Positions 9,626 to 19,676 are shown, numbered from the stretch's first letter. The stretch is DNA of 32,000 nt from Desulfurispora thermophila DSM 16022 (GCF_000376385.1 NZ_AQWN01000001.1:72762-104761), one strand, 5' to 3'. Translations and numbers: made by a program. Notes: generated by a model not told the origin, from the sequence alone.

Positions 9626-9689
9626 GGGTGGATAGGGTATGTTTTCGTTGAAGTGGAGGAAACACCGGATAAGAACCTGTATCCAAAGA

Positions 9690-9718
9690 TTGTTAAATGC
9701 TATAGCATCTGCTATAAT
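9690..9718 (+). promoter_or_regulatory. near-consensus sigma-A promoter TTGTTA-17-TATAAT with an embedded 12-bp perfect palindrome ATGCTATAGCAT (9697-9708)
   Basis: The hexamers and the 17-nt spacer were read directly from the sequence. The promoter lies 23 nt upstream of the HTH gene start, and the palindrome fills the spacer. Confidence 0.55.
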
Positions 9719-9740
9719 TTTATGCTGTGGAGGTGTGTTT

Positions 9741-9953
9741 ATGGATTTTAGTGATATTGTTAAAGCCGTTCGAGTATGCTTGGGAATTACACAAGAACAA
9801 CTTGCGCGTGATCTTAATATCAGCTTTTCCACAATTAACAGATGGGAGAACGGCCGCACCATCCCCAGCAGGCTGGCAAAAATGCGTTTTATTGAATACT
9901 GTTTGCAAAGAAATGTTGATAATGCCATCATTGCCGAGTTGAACGACTTATAG
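9741..9953 (+). CDS. 70-aa XRE-family helix-turn-helix regulator (controller/C-protein-like)
   Basis: GGAGGTG lies 6 nt before ATG 9741. The HTH_3 signature is GITQEQLARDLNISFSTINRWENGRTIPS. The longer ORF from 9639 is rejected because its extension is Cys/Ile-rich and has no RBS. Confidence 0.85.
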   Translation: MDFSDIVKAVRVCLGITQEQLARDLNISFSTINRWENGRTIPSRLAKMRFIEYCLQRNVDNAIIAELNDL

Positions 9954-9995
9954 TAATGAAGACGTCATAGAGATTTTTCGGAAAGGGGAAATAAG

Positions 9996-10991
9996 ATGGC
10001 AAGAGGAGATTTGCTCAAGAAGCTGTTCAGCAGCTTCAAGCATGAAGATAAAGAGGGCTTTTACAAGATAGCAAATGAAATAATCGAGGATGAACAGAAG
10101 AAAAATCATGGGATACTGGCGGATGAACTAAGGATGATTTTGTTCAATGGAAACTCTACATATAAGCACACGTTAAGCAAAATCAAGCCGAGTGTTCCCA
10201 AAGACGCGGATAAGGATGTCTCTCTCATAGAGGTTGTTTATCCTGATAAATATTTTGCGGACCTGGTATTGTCACAAGAAAAGAAAGAAGTTCTGGAATC
10301 AATCGTCCGGGAATTCAGCAATTGGGACATTCTTGCCAGCAACGGTGTCATCCCGAGCAGAAAGATACTTTTCTATGGACCGCCCGGTTGCGGAAAGACC
10401 ATAACTGCACATGCAATTGCTTGTGAGTTGGGTATCCCCTTACTGTATGTCAGGTTTGACGCAGTTGTTTCCTCATTCCTTGGAGAAACGGCGAGTAACA
10501 TCCGCAAAGTATTTGATTATGCAAAAAACGATAACTGGGTTATCTTCTTTGATGAGTTTGACGCCATTGGCCGAAGCAGAGATGATCTCTCCGAACATGG
10601 TGAAATTAAAAGGGTAGTAAATACATTCCTGCAGCAGCTCGATAATTTCAAAGGTCGCTCCTTGATTATTGCAGCTACGAATTTTGAAAGATCGTTGGAT
10701 TATGCTTTGTGGCGAAGATTTGACGAAATTTTAAATTTCGAACTGCCGACTTCTGAAGAGAAATTGAAGTTATGTGCTTTGTCCATCAAGCGTTTTAAGG
10801 GACCTGTACAGGTTTTTGAGCAGTATCTTGGTGAAATGGAGAACTTCTCACATTCTGATATTGATAAAATGTGCCAGACTATCATGAAGCAGTGCATCCT
10901 GGATGGACGAAGAATATTTACCAAGCATGATGTTGAATTTGCTGTCAGAAAGCAGTCCGCCATTGTAGCAATGAGAAAAACAAGCTACTAA
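9996..10991 (+). CDS. classic-clade AAA+ ATPase, IetA-like partner of the downstream S8 protease
   Basis: 331 aa with Walker A GPPGCGKT, Walker B VIFFDEFDAIG, sensor-1 IIAATN and Arg-finger region ALWRRFD. It has a ~110-aa N-terminal domain of unknown type. The gene sits 18 nt upstream of the protease gene. Confidence 0.85.
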   Translation: MARGDLLKKLFSSFKHEDKEGFYKIANEIIEDEQKKNHGILADELRMILFNGNSTYKHTLSKIKPSVPKDADKDVSLIEVVYPDKYFADLVLSQEKKEVLESIVREFSNWDILASNGVIPSRKILFYGPPGCGKTITAHAIACELGIPLLYVRFDAVVSSFLGETASNIRKVFDYAKNDNWVIFFDEFDAIGRSRDDLSEHGEIKRVVNTFLQQLDNFKGRSLIIAATNFERSLDYALWRRFDEILNFELPTSEEKLKLCALSIKRFKGPVQVFEQYLGEMENFSHSDIDKMCQTIMKQCILDGRRIFTKHDVEFAVRKQSAIVAMRKTSY

Positions 10992-11009
10992 ACATAGGGA
11001 GGATATGCT

Positions 11010-13538
11010 ATGTTAGAAATAGAGAAGCTGAATCACTTGGAGATTATGAGGGAGGATACGGTTAGACCGTACCGTATTTCTCAAAATCAAAATGCGCCGC
11101 GCCCTCCGGTACGGGAACGTCATATCCATGGCAAGAAACTGGAGAGGGAGATTAAAGCGACCACCGACTCAATAAACAAACAGCGACAGAAACTTGGTAT
11201 TGAACCCGACAAACTGCTCATTATCAGTATGACCAACCAGGCAATGTCGCAAGAACTGTTAAATCGTATGCTTAGCGCCTTTAACCTATCCTTGATAGAG
11301 GAGGTATTCGTAGAAAACGGAGAATTCACAAGAATCCTTGTCCAGTTTCCGGATAGTTATTCTATTTCGGCATTTGACCGTGAAAGAGCGCTTTGGGAAG
11401 CAGATTCAAAGGAACATGCTATTCTCACATATGCGCAAAGGCGTGACATATTTTCTTGTATTGAAAGTATCAGGCAGGTTCAGCGGGAAGACAGAATCGG
11501 TCCAAGACTGCGGCGCAAATTGGAGAGCGGCGAGCCGCTGCCGGATGGCTTTTTTATAATGGATATCGATATCTGGTATAACGGCGATAGGAGACAGATA
11601 ACAGAAATTGAAAGAAAAATAAAGACGGTCCTGGGAACTGTAGGGAGCGCTTTAATCGGTGATTTGTTTGAGACACCGAGTTTGCTGCTTGGCCGTGTTA
11701 AAGTCAACCAGTACAGTCTCGAAGCCCTGTTAAATTGTGATTTGATAGCAACTGTCGATTTTCCAATGGGAACAGTATCCGAGGAGCCTTGTGAACTGTT
11801 TGCTGCAGATTTTGAGCCGATAATAAAAAATAACCTTGATGCAAATGCCCCTTTGGCAACTGTGCTGGATTCCGGGATATTTTCCGGGCATCCTCTTTTA
11901 AATGATGTTATTGTTGCCGAAGAAGATTTTGACCTTGTTGAAGGAACCACCTCGGATAACTGCGGCCATGGTACGGGTGTAGCCGGCATTGTCGTATACG
12001 GAGATTTCCATAAATGCATTGAAACCAAGGTGTTCACACCTTTGGTGCGAATCTGTAATGCCAAGGTTATGCACAATGATGGTAGTAACCATCCAATATT
12101 CAGCCCGGTTAAGCGCCCTGAAAGGATTATAAAAGAGGCAATTGAATATTTCCATCGTGAATATGGCTGCAGAATCTTCAATTTGTCTGCCGGAAATGAG
12201 GATATGGTTTATAACATGGGGCGTCAGATGCCGTGGGCTGAAGTCTTGGACCAATTATCCAGAGAGCTGGATATTGTGATTGTCGTAAGTGCTGGCAATG
12301 TATCGAACCCCGAGATTCATAATTTTATGAGTAGAGAGGAACTAATGGAGAAATGTAGGGACCAGTTGTTTGAACCCGAACACAGATTAATTGATCCAGC
12401 TACAGCTTCCCTTTGTGTGACGGTAGGTTCCATTACCCGCTTCGATGAACCAGAACTGGTTGATGGTAGGAGTGTCAGACTCTCCGCCGGGCCGAAATAC
12501 GCTCCATCTGTATTTACCCGGATTGGCAAGGGTGTAAATAAAGCCATAAAACCTGAACTGGTGGATTATGGAGGGAATTTTGCCATACATCAGGTTATGC
12601 GCGGCGATATAAGATGGGTAAAAAACGACAGAATCCTAATGGAACCTACCTTGAATCATAATTATTCAAAACTCTTCAAGGGGTTTTGCGGTACAAGCTT
12701 TGCGGCTCCACGTGTTACACACCTGGCTGCACGTATTGAACGGGCGCTGGAAGAACAGATTGGGGACAAGCCCTCTGCAAACCTGATGAGGGCGGTGCTG
12801 GTCAACTCAGCGTCTCTTAGCAAAGAAATGATTGAATGGGCGGAACAATCCACAGACCGGCTTTACACAGGAAAAAAGAACCTGAAGCAGGAAAGACGGC
12901 TGCGGCTTTTTGGTTATGGCAGACCAAACGACGCTTGGCTGTATTCAGGCCGTAACCATGTAACTTTGTTTTCTGAAGATGCTCTTAGCCTTCGTACATT
13001 TCATTTATACAAAATACCTGTGCCCATTGAATTCTTAAAGCTGAATTGCGGTAAAAAAATTATCATTAGCATGGCGTATAATCCGGTAACGCGGCTGAGC
13101 CGGAAAGATTATCTTGCCAACAACCTTTGGTTCGAGGTCTATAGGAGAATAGATGAAGATACGCTGGCTAAATACAAAGCCAAGAAGGAAGCGGGGCAGG
13201 ATGGTGATTCAGAGCTATTGCCGGACGAATATAAAGCGGATTTTTCACCGGGGCGTACCGAGGTAGGCAGTTCCACACTTCAGCAGCGTGTCTGGACAAA
13301 GAGCAAATCAGGCGGAAAAGATTTAATATGGAATAAGGATGATCCCTACATATATGTACTGGTTACCGGCAAGGAAAGATACAAGTATGCAGAGCAGGAA
13401 CAGCCACAGCCGTATGCTCTCGCCATCACTTTTTCGTTTGATGGCGAACAGGATATTCAACTATATAATAAATTACAGCAAAAAGTGCGCATCAGGGAGC
13501 GTCAGAGAGAACGTGCCCGTACTCAGGCCAGAATGTAG
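11010..13538 (+). CDS. cytoplasmic subtilisin-family (S8) serine peptidase with large uncharacterised N- and C-terminal regions, IetS-like
   Basis: 842 aa behind GGGAGGA. The triad motifs are intact: ATVLDSG (Asp287, nt 11868), HGTGVAG (His320, nt 11967) and GTSFAAP (Ser563, nt 12696). There is no N-terminal signal peptide or hydrophobic segment. Confidence 0.88.
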   Translation: MLEIEKLNHLEIMREDTVRPYRISQNQNAPRPPVRERHIHGKKLEREIKATTDSINKQRQKLGIEPDKLLIISMTNQAMSQELLNRMLSAFNLSLIEEVFVENGEFTRILVQFPDSYSISAFDRERALWEADSKEHAILTYAQRRDIFSCIESIRQVQREDRIGPRLRRKLESGEPLPDGFFIMDIDIWYNGDRRQITEIERKIKTVLGTVGSALIGDLFETPSLLLGRVKVNQYSLEALLNCDLIATVDFPMGTVSEEPCELFAADFEPIIKNNLDANAPLATVLDSGIFSGHPLLNDVIVAEEDFDLVEGTTSDNCGHGTGVAGIVVYGDFHKCIETKVFTPLVRICNAKVMHNDGSNHPIFSPVKRPERIIKEAIEYFHREYGCRIFNLSAGNEDMVYNMGRQMPWAEVLDQLSRELDIVIVVSAGNVSNPEIHNFMSREELMEKCRDQLFEPEHRLIDPATASLCVTVGSITRFDEPELVDGRSVRLSAGPKYAPSVFTRIGKGVNKAIKPELVDYGGNFAIHQVMRGDIRWVKNDRILMEPTLNHNYSKLFKGFCGTSFAAPRVTHLAARIERALEEQIGDKPSANLMRAVLVNSASLSKEMIEWAEQSTDRLYTGKKNLKQERRLRLFGYGRPNDAWLYSGRNHVTLFSEDALSLRTFHLYKIPVPIEFLKLNCGKKIIISMAYNPVTRLSRKDYLANNLWFEVYRRIDEDTLAKYKAKKEAGQDGDSELLPDEYKADFSPGRTEVGSSTLQQRVWTKSKSGGKDLIWNKDDPYIYVLVTGKERYKYAEQEQPQPYALAITFSFDGEQDIQLYNKLQQKVRIRERQRERARTQARM

Positions 13539-13621
13539 TATGCTATTCCATACAGTGTGCCATAAAAATAAACTGGAGTGTTCAATGATTAAGAATTACC
13601 AAGCATAGAGAGGTGCAGTCA

Positions 13622-15175
13622 ATGCCGTCAATCAATAATGAAATAGAAAAAAAGCTATGGAATGCCGCAGACCAACTGAGAGCGAACTCAAAGCTCAAGG
13701 CTTCCGAGTATTCGGTACCTGTTCTTGGTCTTATTTTCCTTAGATTTGCTGACCAAAGATTCAGTATGGCCGAAAAGGAACTTGCCGAAAAAGCAAGGGC
13801 AGCAGGTTCCAGGCGTGCCATCGGTAAGGCCGACTATCAGGCCAGAGGGGTCATGTACCTGCCGGAACAGGCCAGGTATTCCTATCTCCTGAAGTTACCG
13901 GAAGGTGAGAATATCGGCAAGGCCGTCAACGAGGCCATGAAAGCCATTGAAGCGGAAAATGAAGACCTGAAAGACGTTTTGCCAAAGACTTACACCCGGC
14001 TGGACAATGATACACTGATTGCGCTGCTCAAGATATTCTCCGAAATCCCTATGGATGTGGAAGGGGACGTCTTCGGAAATGTATATGAATATTTCCTCGG
14101 CGAGTTTGCCCGTTCGGAAGGGCAGCGAGGCGGCGAATTCTACACGCCCACCTCGCTGGTTAAGCTCATTGTAGAGGTAATCGAGCCGTACAAAGGACGT
14201 ATCCTGGACCCGGCCTGCGGGTCGGGCGGTATGTTTGTGCAGTCGGCCAGGTTTGTCCAGAATCACAAAAAAAATCCCAGCAGCGAAATATCCATCTACG
14301 GCCAGGAGAAAGTTGCTGAAACCGTAAGGCTATGTAAAATGAACCTGGCAGTGCACGGCCTTTCCGGCGACATCCGGCAGGCCAACACCTATTATGATAA
14401 TGTACATAATTGCATAAACCGCTTTGACTTTGTCATGGCCAATCCCCCATTCAATGTGGATGGGGTAGACAAGGAGAAGATCAAGGACGATCCCAGGTAT
14501 CCCTTCGGCCTGCCTACTACTGATAACGCCAACTATATCTGGATTCAGGAGTTTTACAGTGCTTTAAATGATAAAGGACGGGCCGGTTTCGTCATGGCCA
14601 ACTCGGCCAGCGATGCCAGGGGCTCTGAACTGGAAATAAGAAAAAAGCTCATCCAGGACAAAGTTGTCGATGTGATGATCTCCATCGGGCCAAACTTCTT
14701 TTACACCGTTACTCTGCCCTGTACCCTCTGGTTCTTTGATAAGGGCAAACGGCAGACTGAGCGCGGGAACAAGGTGCTGTTCATTGACGCGCGGAATATC
14801 TACCGCCAGGTGAATCGGGCCCACAGGGAGTTTACGCCGGAGCAGATTGAATTTATCGCCAACATCGTGCGTCTATACCGCGGCCAGCCGGTGGAAACCG
14901 TCAACGGGTCGGAAGAAATGCTCAAGGAGAAGTTTCCCGAAGGCAAGTATGTAGACGTTCCCGGCCTGTGCAAGGTGGCGACCATAAACGAAATCGAGGC
15001 CCAGGGCTGGAGTCTCAACCCCGGCCGGTATGTGGGGGTAGCCCAGAAGGATGAGGAAGACTTCGACTTCATGGAAAGGCTGCAGGAGCTGAATGAGGAG
15101 CTGGAACGGCTTAATGCTGAGGCAGCGGAATTGGAGGAGAGGATAAGGGAGAATGTGGGGCAGTTGTTGAATTAA
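13622..15175 (+). CDS. hsdM: type I restriction-modification system, N6-adenine DNA methyltransferase subunit M
   Basis: Has an HsdM N-domain ([14 protein letters not shown]), EFYTPTSLV, the SAM motif [12 protein letters not shown] and catalytic [16 protein letters not shown] precedes ATG 13622, and the ORF track starts at GTG 13613. Confidence 0.93.
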   Translation: MPSINNEIEKKLWNAADQLRANSKLKASEYSVPVLGLIFLRFADQRFSMAEKELAEKARAAGSRRAIGKADYQARGVMYLPEQARYSYLLKLPEGENIGKAVNEAMKAIEAENEDLKDVLPKTYTRLDNDTLIALLKIFSEIPMDVEGDVFGNVYEYFLGEFARSEGQRGGEFYTPTSLVKLIVEVIEPYKGRILDPACGSGGMFVQSARFVQNHKKNPSSEISIYGQEKVAETVRLCKMNLAVHGLSGDIRQANTYYDNVHNCINRFDFVMANPPFNVDGVDKEKIKDDPRYPFGLPTTDNANYIWIQEFYSALNDKGRAGFVMANSASDARGSELEIRKKLIQDKVVDVMISIGPNFFYTVTLPCTLWFFDKGKRQTERGNKVLFIDARNIYRQVNRAHREFTPEQIEFIANIVRLYRGQPVETVNGSEEMLKEKFPEGKYVDVPGLCKVATINEIEAQGWSLNPGRYVGVAQKDEEDFDFMERLQELNEELERLNAEAAELEERIRENVGQLLN

Positions 15176-15203
15176 CCTGATAAAATAACGAGAGGTAATA
15201 TTT

Positions 15204-16469
15204 ATGAATAGAAACTTATCGTGGATAAATACCAAGCTAGGGGATGTTCTGGATCAAATATTGGGTGGAGGCACTCCATCAAAATCAGTTGTAGAGTACT
15301 GGGATAATGGCAATATTCCATGGGCTACTGTGAAAGATATGGCGGAAGGCAAGTACGTATTGTACGATACAAAAGACCACATTACTGAAGCAGGTGTTAA
15401 AAATAGTGCAACACGAATTATACCAAAAGGAACTGTAATTATATCAACAAGGATGGGGCTTGGAAGATGTTTCATTAACAAGGTTGATATGGCTATAAAC
15501 CAAGACTTGAAAGCATTAATACCTAAAAAAGATCTGGTTGATACTAAGTTCCTTCTTTGGCTTTATGCAAGTAAAGCACAAACAATAGACAATCTTGGAA
15601 CAGGAACCACCGTAAAAGGTATACGAATTGAGCAGGTAAAAGACATTGATATTAGTTTACCTCCCCTTCCAACCCAACGTAAAATCGCCGCCATCCTCTC
15701 CGCCTACGACGACCTGATTGAAAACAACACCCGCCGCATCAAAATCCTGGAGGAAATGGCGCAGCTCATTTACCGGGAGTGGTTTGTGAAGTTCAGGTTC
15801 CCGGGCCATGAGAAGGTCAGGATGGTGGATTCGGAGCTGGGGCCAATACCTGAGGGGTGGGAAGTTAAACCTATTGGGGAAGTGTTTGATACTTTAGGTG
15901 GAGGTACACCCTCAACCAAGAACCCACAATACTGGGAAAACGGCACAATAACATGGTTTACTCCTAGTGATTTGACATCAGCAAGAACTATGTTTATTAG
16001 TGATTCTGCTAGAAAGATAACCCTAAAAGGTCTTGAGAATAGCTCCGCAAAGATGTTTCCTTCTTATTGTGTTATGATGACAAGTAGAGCTACTATTGGG
16101 GTTACGGCAATAAACACAGTCCCAGCATGTACGAATCAGGGATTTATTGTTTGTATACCTAATGAAATTGCTTCAACTTATCAAATCTATTATTGGATAC
16201 TTACAAACAGAGAAAGAATTGAAGCGATTGCATCAGGAGCAACTTATAAAGAGATAAATAGAACAGAATTTCGTTCTTTTTCTTATGTTATAGCTGACTT
16301 GGCAACACGTAAACGCTTTGAGAGTTTGATTGAGCCTTTGGCTAAACAAATTGAAAACTTAACAAAGAAAAACTCTATCCTCCGCCGCACCCGTGACCTG
16401 CTCCTGCCCAAGCTCATATCTGGCGAACTGGATGTGGAGGACCTGGATATTCCCGTTGGGGGTGATTGA
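15204..16469 (+). CDS. hsdS: type I R-M specificity subunit S (two target-recognition domains + two conserved helical spacers)
   Basis: It has a duplicated architecture. TRD starts are LGGGTPSKSVVEYWDNGNIPW and LGGGTPSTKNPQYWENGTITW. The conserved regions are LPPLPTQRKIAAILSAYDDLIENNTRRIKILEEMAQLIYREWF and ILRRTRDLLLPKLISGELDV. Confidence 0.93.
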   Translation: MNRNLSWINTKLGDVLDQILGGGTPSKSVVEYWDNGNIPWATVKDMAEGKYVLYDTKDHITEAGVKNSATRIIPKGTVIISTRMGLGRCFINKVDMAINQDLKALIPKKDLVDTKFLLWLYASKAQTIDNLGTGTTVKGIRIEQVKDIDISLPPLPTQRKIAAILSAYDDLIENNTRRIKILEEMAQLIYREWFVKFRFPGHEKVRMVDSELGPIPEGWEVKPIGEVFDTLGGGTPSTKNPQYWENGTITWFTPSDLTSARTMFISDSARKITLKGLENSSAKMFPSYCVMMTSRATIGVTAINTVPACTNQGFIVCIPNEIASTYQIYYWILTNRERIEAIASGATYKEINRTEFRSFSYVIADLATRKRFESLIEPLAKQIENLTKKNSILRRTRDLLLPKLISGELDVEDLDIPVGGD

Positions 16470-19400
16470 ATGAACCAGTACTGCGAAGATGCCTTGATTG
16501 AGCAGCCGGCCATCGCCCTATTTCAAGAACTCGGCTGGGAAACCATCAACTGCTTCCACGAAACCCTGGGAACAGCGGGGATCCTCGGACGGGAGACCAC
16601 TGCCGAGGTAGTGCTCACCCGGTACCTCCGTGATGCCCTGGAAAAGCTCAACTCAGGTGTGGACAGTGAGGCCATCAACCTGGCCATCGAGGAAATCGTT
16701 AAAGACCGCAGCAGCCTAAACCCCGTTTATGCCAACCGGGAGGTTTACAAGCTCCTTAAGGACGGTGTCAAGGTTATATATAAGAACGCCGATGGCGAGG
16801 AAACAGACGAAGTAGTGAAGGTCATTGACTGGAACAACCCCGAAAACAATCATTTCCTCCTTGCGTCCCAGCTTTGGATAACGGGCGAAATCTACAAACG
16901 CCGCGCCGACCTTGTCGGCTTTGTCAACGGCATCCCCCTTGTCTTTATCGAGCTAAAGGCCACCCACCGCAGGCTGGAACACGCCTATTACGACAACCTG
17001 CGGGACTATAAGAATACCATACCCCAGTTGTTCTGGTACAACGGCTTCATCATCCTGTCCAACGGCAGTCAGAGCCGCATCGGCAGCATGAGCGCGTCCT
17101 GGGAGCATTTTGCCGAATGGAAGAAAATCAACAGCGAGGGCGAGGAAGGCGTTGTCTCCCTGGAAACCATGATCCGCGGCACCTGCGATAAGGCAAAGCT
17201 ACTGGACATCGTAGAGAACTTCACCCTGTTCAGTGATGCCGGAGGCTCCATGGTCAAACTGGTGGCTAAAAACCACCAGTACATTGGGGTCAACAATGCC
17301 ATCGAAGCAGTGAAAAAGATACGGGAAAATCATGGCCGTCTGGGGGTGTTCTGGCACACTCAGGGTTCGGGCAAGTCCTATTCCATGCTTTTCTTCTGCC
17401 AGAAGATCCTGCGCAAGCTGCCTGGCAACTGGACTTTTGTCATCGTCACTGACCGGGCGGAACTGGATGAGCAGATTTACAAGAACTTTGCCTCAGCCGG
17501 TGCCGTAATCGAGAAAAAGGTCCAGGCTGAAAGTTGCCAGCACTTAAAAGAGCTGTTGGCAGAGGATCACCGCATGGTGTTCACCCTCATCCAGAAGTTT
17601 CAGAGTGAAGACGGGGGTAAGTACCCGAAAATAACGGACAGGGACGACATCATCGTGCTGGTGGACGAAGCCCACCGCAGCCAGTATGACACCCTTGCCG
17701 CCAATATGCGCTCTGCCATGCCCAATGCTTCTTTCATCGCTTTTACCGGGACACCTCTTATGGCAGGAGAGGAGAAAACCAGGGAAGTATTCGGCGATTA
17801 TGTTTCCATCTATAACTTCCGCCAGTCCATTGAGGATCGGGCCACCGTTCCCCTTTATTATGAGAACCGCATCCCGGAACTACAGCTTATCAATGAAAAC
17901 CTCAACGATGACATCCAGGACATAATCGACAATGCTGATTTGAGCGAGGAAGCGGAGAAGAAGCTGGAACGGGAATTTGCCCGGGAGTATCACCTGATTA
18001 CCCGTGACGACCGGCTGGAAACCATTGCCGAGGATATCGTCAAACATTTCATGAGCCGTGGAGAAATGGGCAAGGCCATGGTTGTGAGCATCGACAGGTA
18101 TACTGCCGTCAAGATGTATGACAAGGTTCGGAAATATTGGCAAAAGTATATGGAGGAGCTGAGCAAGCAGCTAGCCAAATGTTATCCTCAAGAAGCAGCA
18201 GAAATAAAAAAGAAACTGGATTACATGCGGGAAACCGATATGGCGGTGGTCATATCTTCCGGGCAGAATGAGGTTGAAGCCTTTCAAAAGAAGGGATTGG
18301 ATATCCTGCCCCACCGCAAACGCATGGTCACCGAAGACCTGGATAAAAAGTTCAAAGACCCCAATGATCCTTTTAGAATCGTGTTTGTCTGTGCCATGTG
18401 GCTGACAGGCTTTGACGCTCCTGCGGTCAATACGATTTATCTGGACAAGCCCATGAAGAACCATACCCTGATGCAGACAATCGCCAGAGCGAACCGGGTA
18501 TTCAAGGATAAAACCTGCGGTACTATAGTCGACTATATCGGCGTATTCCGTAACCTTCAAAAAGCACTTGCCATATACGCTACCCCTGTAGCGGGCGGCT
18601 CAGTGGATACACCGGTGAAAGACAAGGCGGCACTGATCGATGAACTTAAAAAAGTTATTGCTGAAACAACTGCTTTCTGCAATGAAAAAGGCATTGACGT
18701 AGGTAGGCTCCTTAACACATCAGGTCTTGAACTTGTCGGCCTTTTGGACGATGCTGTGGAGCGCCTGGTGGTAAATGACGAAACCAAGCAGCGGTTTCAA
18801 TCCTTGGCGGGGAATATAGTTAAACTCTATAAAGCTATTTTGCCTGACCCCAAAGCTTCTGAATTTGCCAGTCAGAAGAACCTTTTCACCTGTATTTCTG
18901 ACAAAATTCGGGCACTGACCCCACCGGCCGACATCTCTGAAATTATGGTTGATATTGAGAAAGTTCTTGATCAGTCTATTGCCAGTGAAGGGTATATCAT
19001 CCACGAAGCCCCCGCTGGGTACAATACAAAAGTTGATTTGAGCCAGATTGATTTTGAAGCTTTGCGAAAGTTCTTCGACAAGTCCAAGAAGCATACGGAA
19101 GTCGAAAAACTGAAAGGTTTAATCAACGCCAAATTAAACAAGCTCGTACGCCTTAATAAAAGTAGGATTGATTTTGCCGAGAGGTTCCAGAAACTTATTG
19201 ACGAGTACAATAGCGGCGCCCTTAACGTGGAATTGATGTTTGATAAACTGCTTGCCTTCGCCAAGGAGCTCACCGAAGAAGAAAAGCGTGGCATGGCGGA
19301 ACAGCTTACGGAGGAAGAACTGGCCCTGTTTGATATCCTTACCAAACCTGAACCTAAATTGACAGCTAAAGATAAGGCTAAAGTGAAGAAAGTAGTCAGG

Positions 19401-19622
19401 GAACTGTTGGATACGCTCAAGAGGGAGAAACTGGTACTTGACTGGCGAAAACGCCAGCAGACCAGGGCAGCGGTTCAGATTACGATACAGGATTCCCTTG
19501 ACCGGGAACTGCCGAGGGCATATACCCCAGAAATATTCAACCGAAAGTGTGATTTGGTGTACCAGCACATTTATGATTGTTATTATGGTGCTGGGCAGAG
19601 TGTATACAGCCGGGCGGGTTAG
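16470..19622 (+). CDS. hsdR: type I R-M restriction/translocase subunit R
   Basis: The ATG directly abuts the hsdS TGA. It has an N-terminal PD-(D/E)xK motif (ADLVGFVNGIPLVFIELK) and SF2 motifs HTQGSGKS, LVDEAHRSQ, FTGTPL and QTIARANR. The protein is 1050 aa. Confidence 0.93.
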   Translation: MNQYCEDALIEQPAIALFQELGWETINCFHETLGTAGILGRETTAEVVLTRYLRDALEKLNSGVDSEAINLAIEEIVKDRSSLNPVYANREVYKLLKDGVKVIYKNADGEETDEVVKVIDWNNPENNHFLLASQLWITGEIYKRRADLVGFVNGIPLVFIELKATHRRLEHAYYDNLRDYKNTIPQLFWYNGFIILSNGSQSRIGSMSASWEHFAEWKKINSEGEEGVVSLETMIRGTCDKAKLLDIVENFTLFSDAGGSMVKLVAKNHQYIGVNNAIEAVKKIRENHGRLGVFWHTQGSGKSYSMLFFCQKILRKLPGNWTFVIVTDRAELDEQIYKNFASAGAVIEKKVQAESCQHLKELLAEDHRMVFTLIQKFQSEDGGKYPKITDRDDIIVLVDEAHRSQYDTLAANMRSAMPNASFIAFTGTPLMAGEEKTREVFGDYVSIYNFRQSIEDRATVPLYYENRIPELQLINENLNDDIQDIIDNADLSEEAEKKLEREFAREYHLITRDDRLETIAEDIVKHFMSRGEMGKAMVVSIDRYTAVKMYDKVRKYWQKYMEELSKQLAKCYPQEAAEIKKKLDYMRETDMAVVISSGQNEVEAFQKKGLDILPHRKRMVTEDLDKKFKDPNDPFRIVFVCAMWLTGFDAPAVNTIYLDKPMKNHTLMQTIARANRVFKDKTCGTIVDYIGVFRNLQKALAIYATPVAGGSVDTPVKDKAALIDELKKVIAETTAFCNEKGIDVGRLLNTSGLELVGLLDDAVERLVVNDETKQRFQSLAGNIVKLYKAILPDPKASEFASQKNLFTCISDKIRALTPPADISEIMVDIEKVLDQSIASEGYIIHEAPAGYNTKVDLSQIDFEALRKFFDKSKKHTEVEKLKGLINAKLNKLVRLNKSRIDFAERFQKLIDEYNSGALNVELMFDKLLAFAKELTEEEKRGMAEQLTEEELALFDILTKPEPKLTAKDKAKVKKVVRELLDTLKREKLVLDWRKRQQTRAAVQITIQDSLDRELPRAYTPEIFNRKCDLVYQHIYDCYYGAGQSVYSRAG

Positions 19623-19676
19623 AGGCGGAGTACTGGAAAAAACGGTAAATCATTACGTGGCTCCCAAGGCCCGGAT

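Noticed and set aside
9102-9686. 194-aa minus-strand ORF overlapping rlmD
   Set aside because: It is antisense to a gene with unambiguous RumA motifs. It is Arg/Gly/Pro-rich, has no RBS, and runs through the rlmD terminator.
9639-9740. 34-codon N-terminal extension of the HTH ORF
   Set aside because: The extension (MFSLKWRKHRIRTCIQRLL..CCGGVF) has no RBS and overlaps the predicted promoter. ATG 9741 has a GGAGGTG SD and gives a canonical 70-aa XRE protein.
11010-11100. The S8 protease as a secreted subtilisin
   Set aside because: The N-terminus (MLEIEKLNHLEIMREDTVRPYR..) is hydrophilic, with no signal peptide, lipobox or TM segment. The gene context is defence, not nutrient acquisition.
11480-12181. 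233-aa minus-strand ORF inside the S8 protease gene
   Set aside because: It is Ser/Leu/Ile-rich low-complexity sequence opposite the region that encodes the Asp and His catalytic motifs. There is no SD site. I treat it as a chance open antisense frame.
13339-13608. 89-aa ORF bridging the protease 3' end and the hsdM upstream region
   Set aside because: It is out of frame within the protease gene for most of its length. It has no RBS and an implausible composition.
15204-16469. Phase-variable (shufflon-type) hsdS locus
   Set aside because: There is only one hsdS gene. No inverted partial hsdS copies, no simple-sequence repeat in the coding region and no adjacent recombinase are present.
17880-19568. 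Several 60-149-aa minus-strand ORFs inside hsdR
   Set aside because: All are antisense to the well-supported hsdR frame, with Ser/Leu/Phe-biased composition and no start context.
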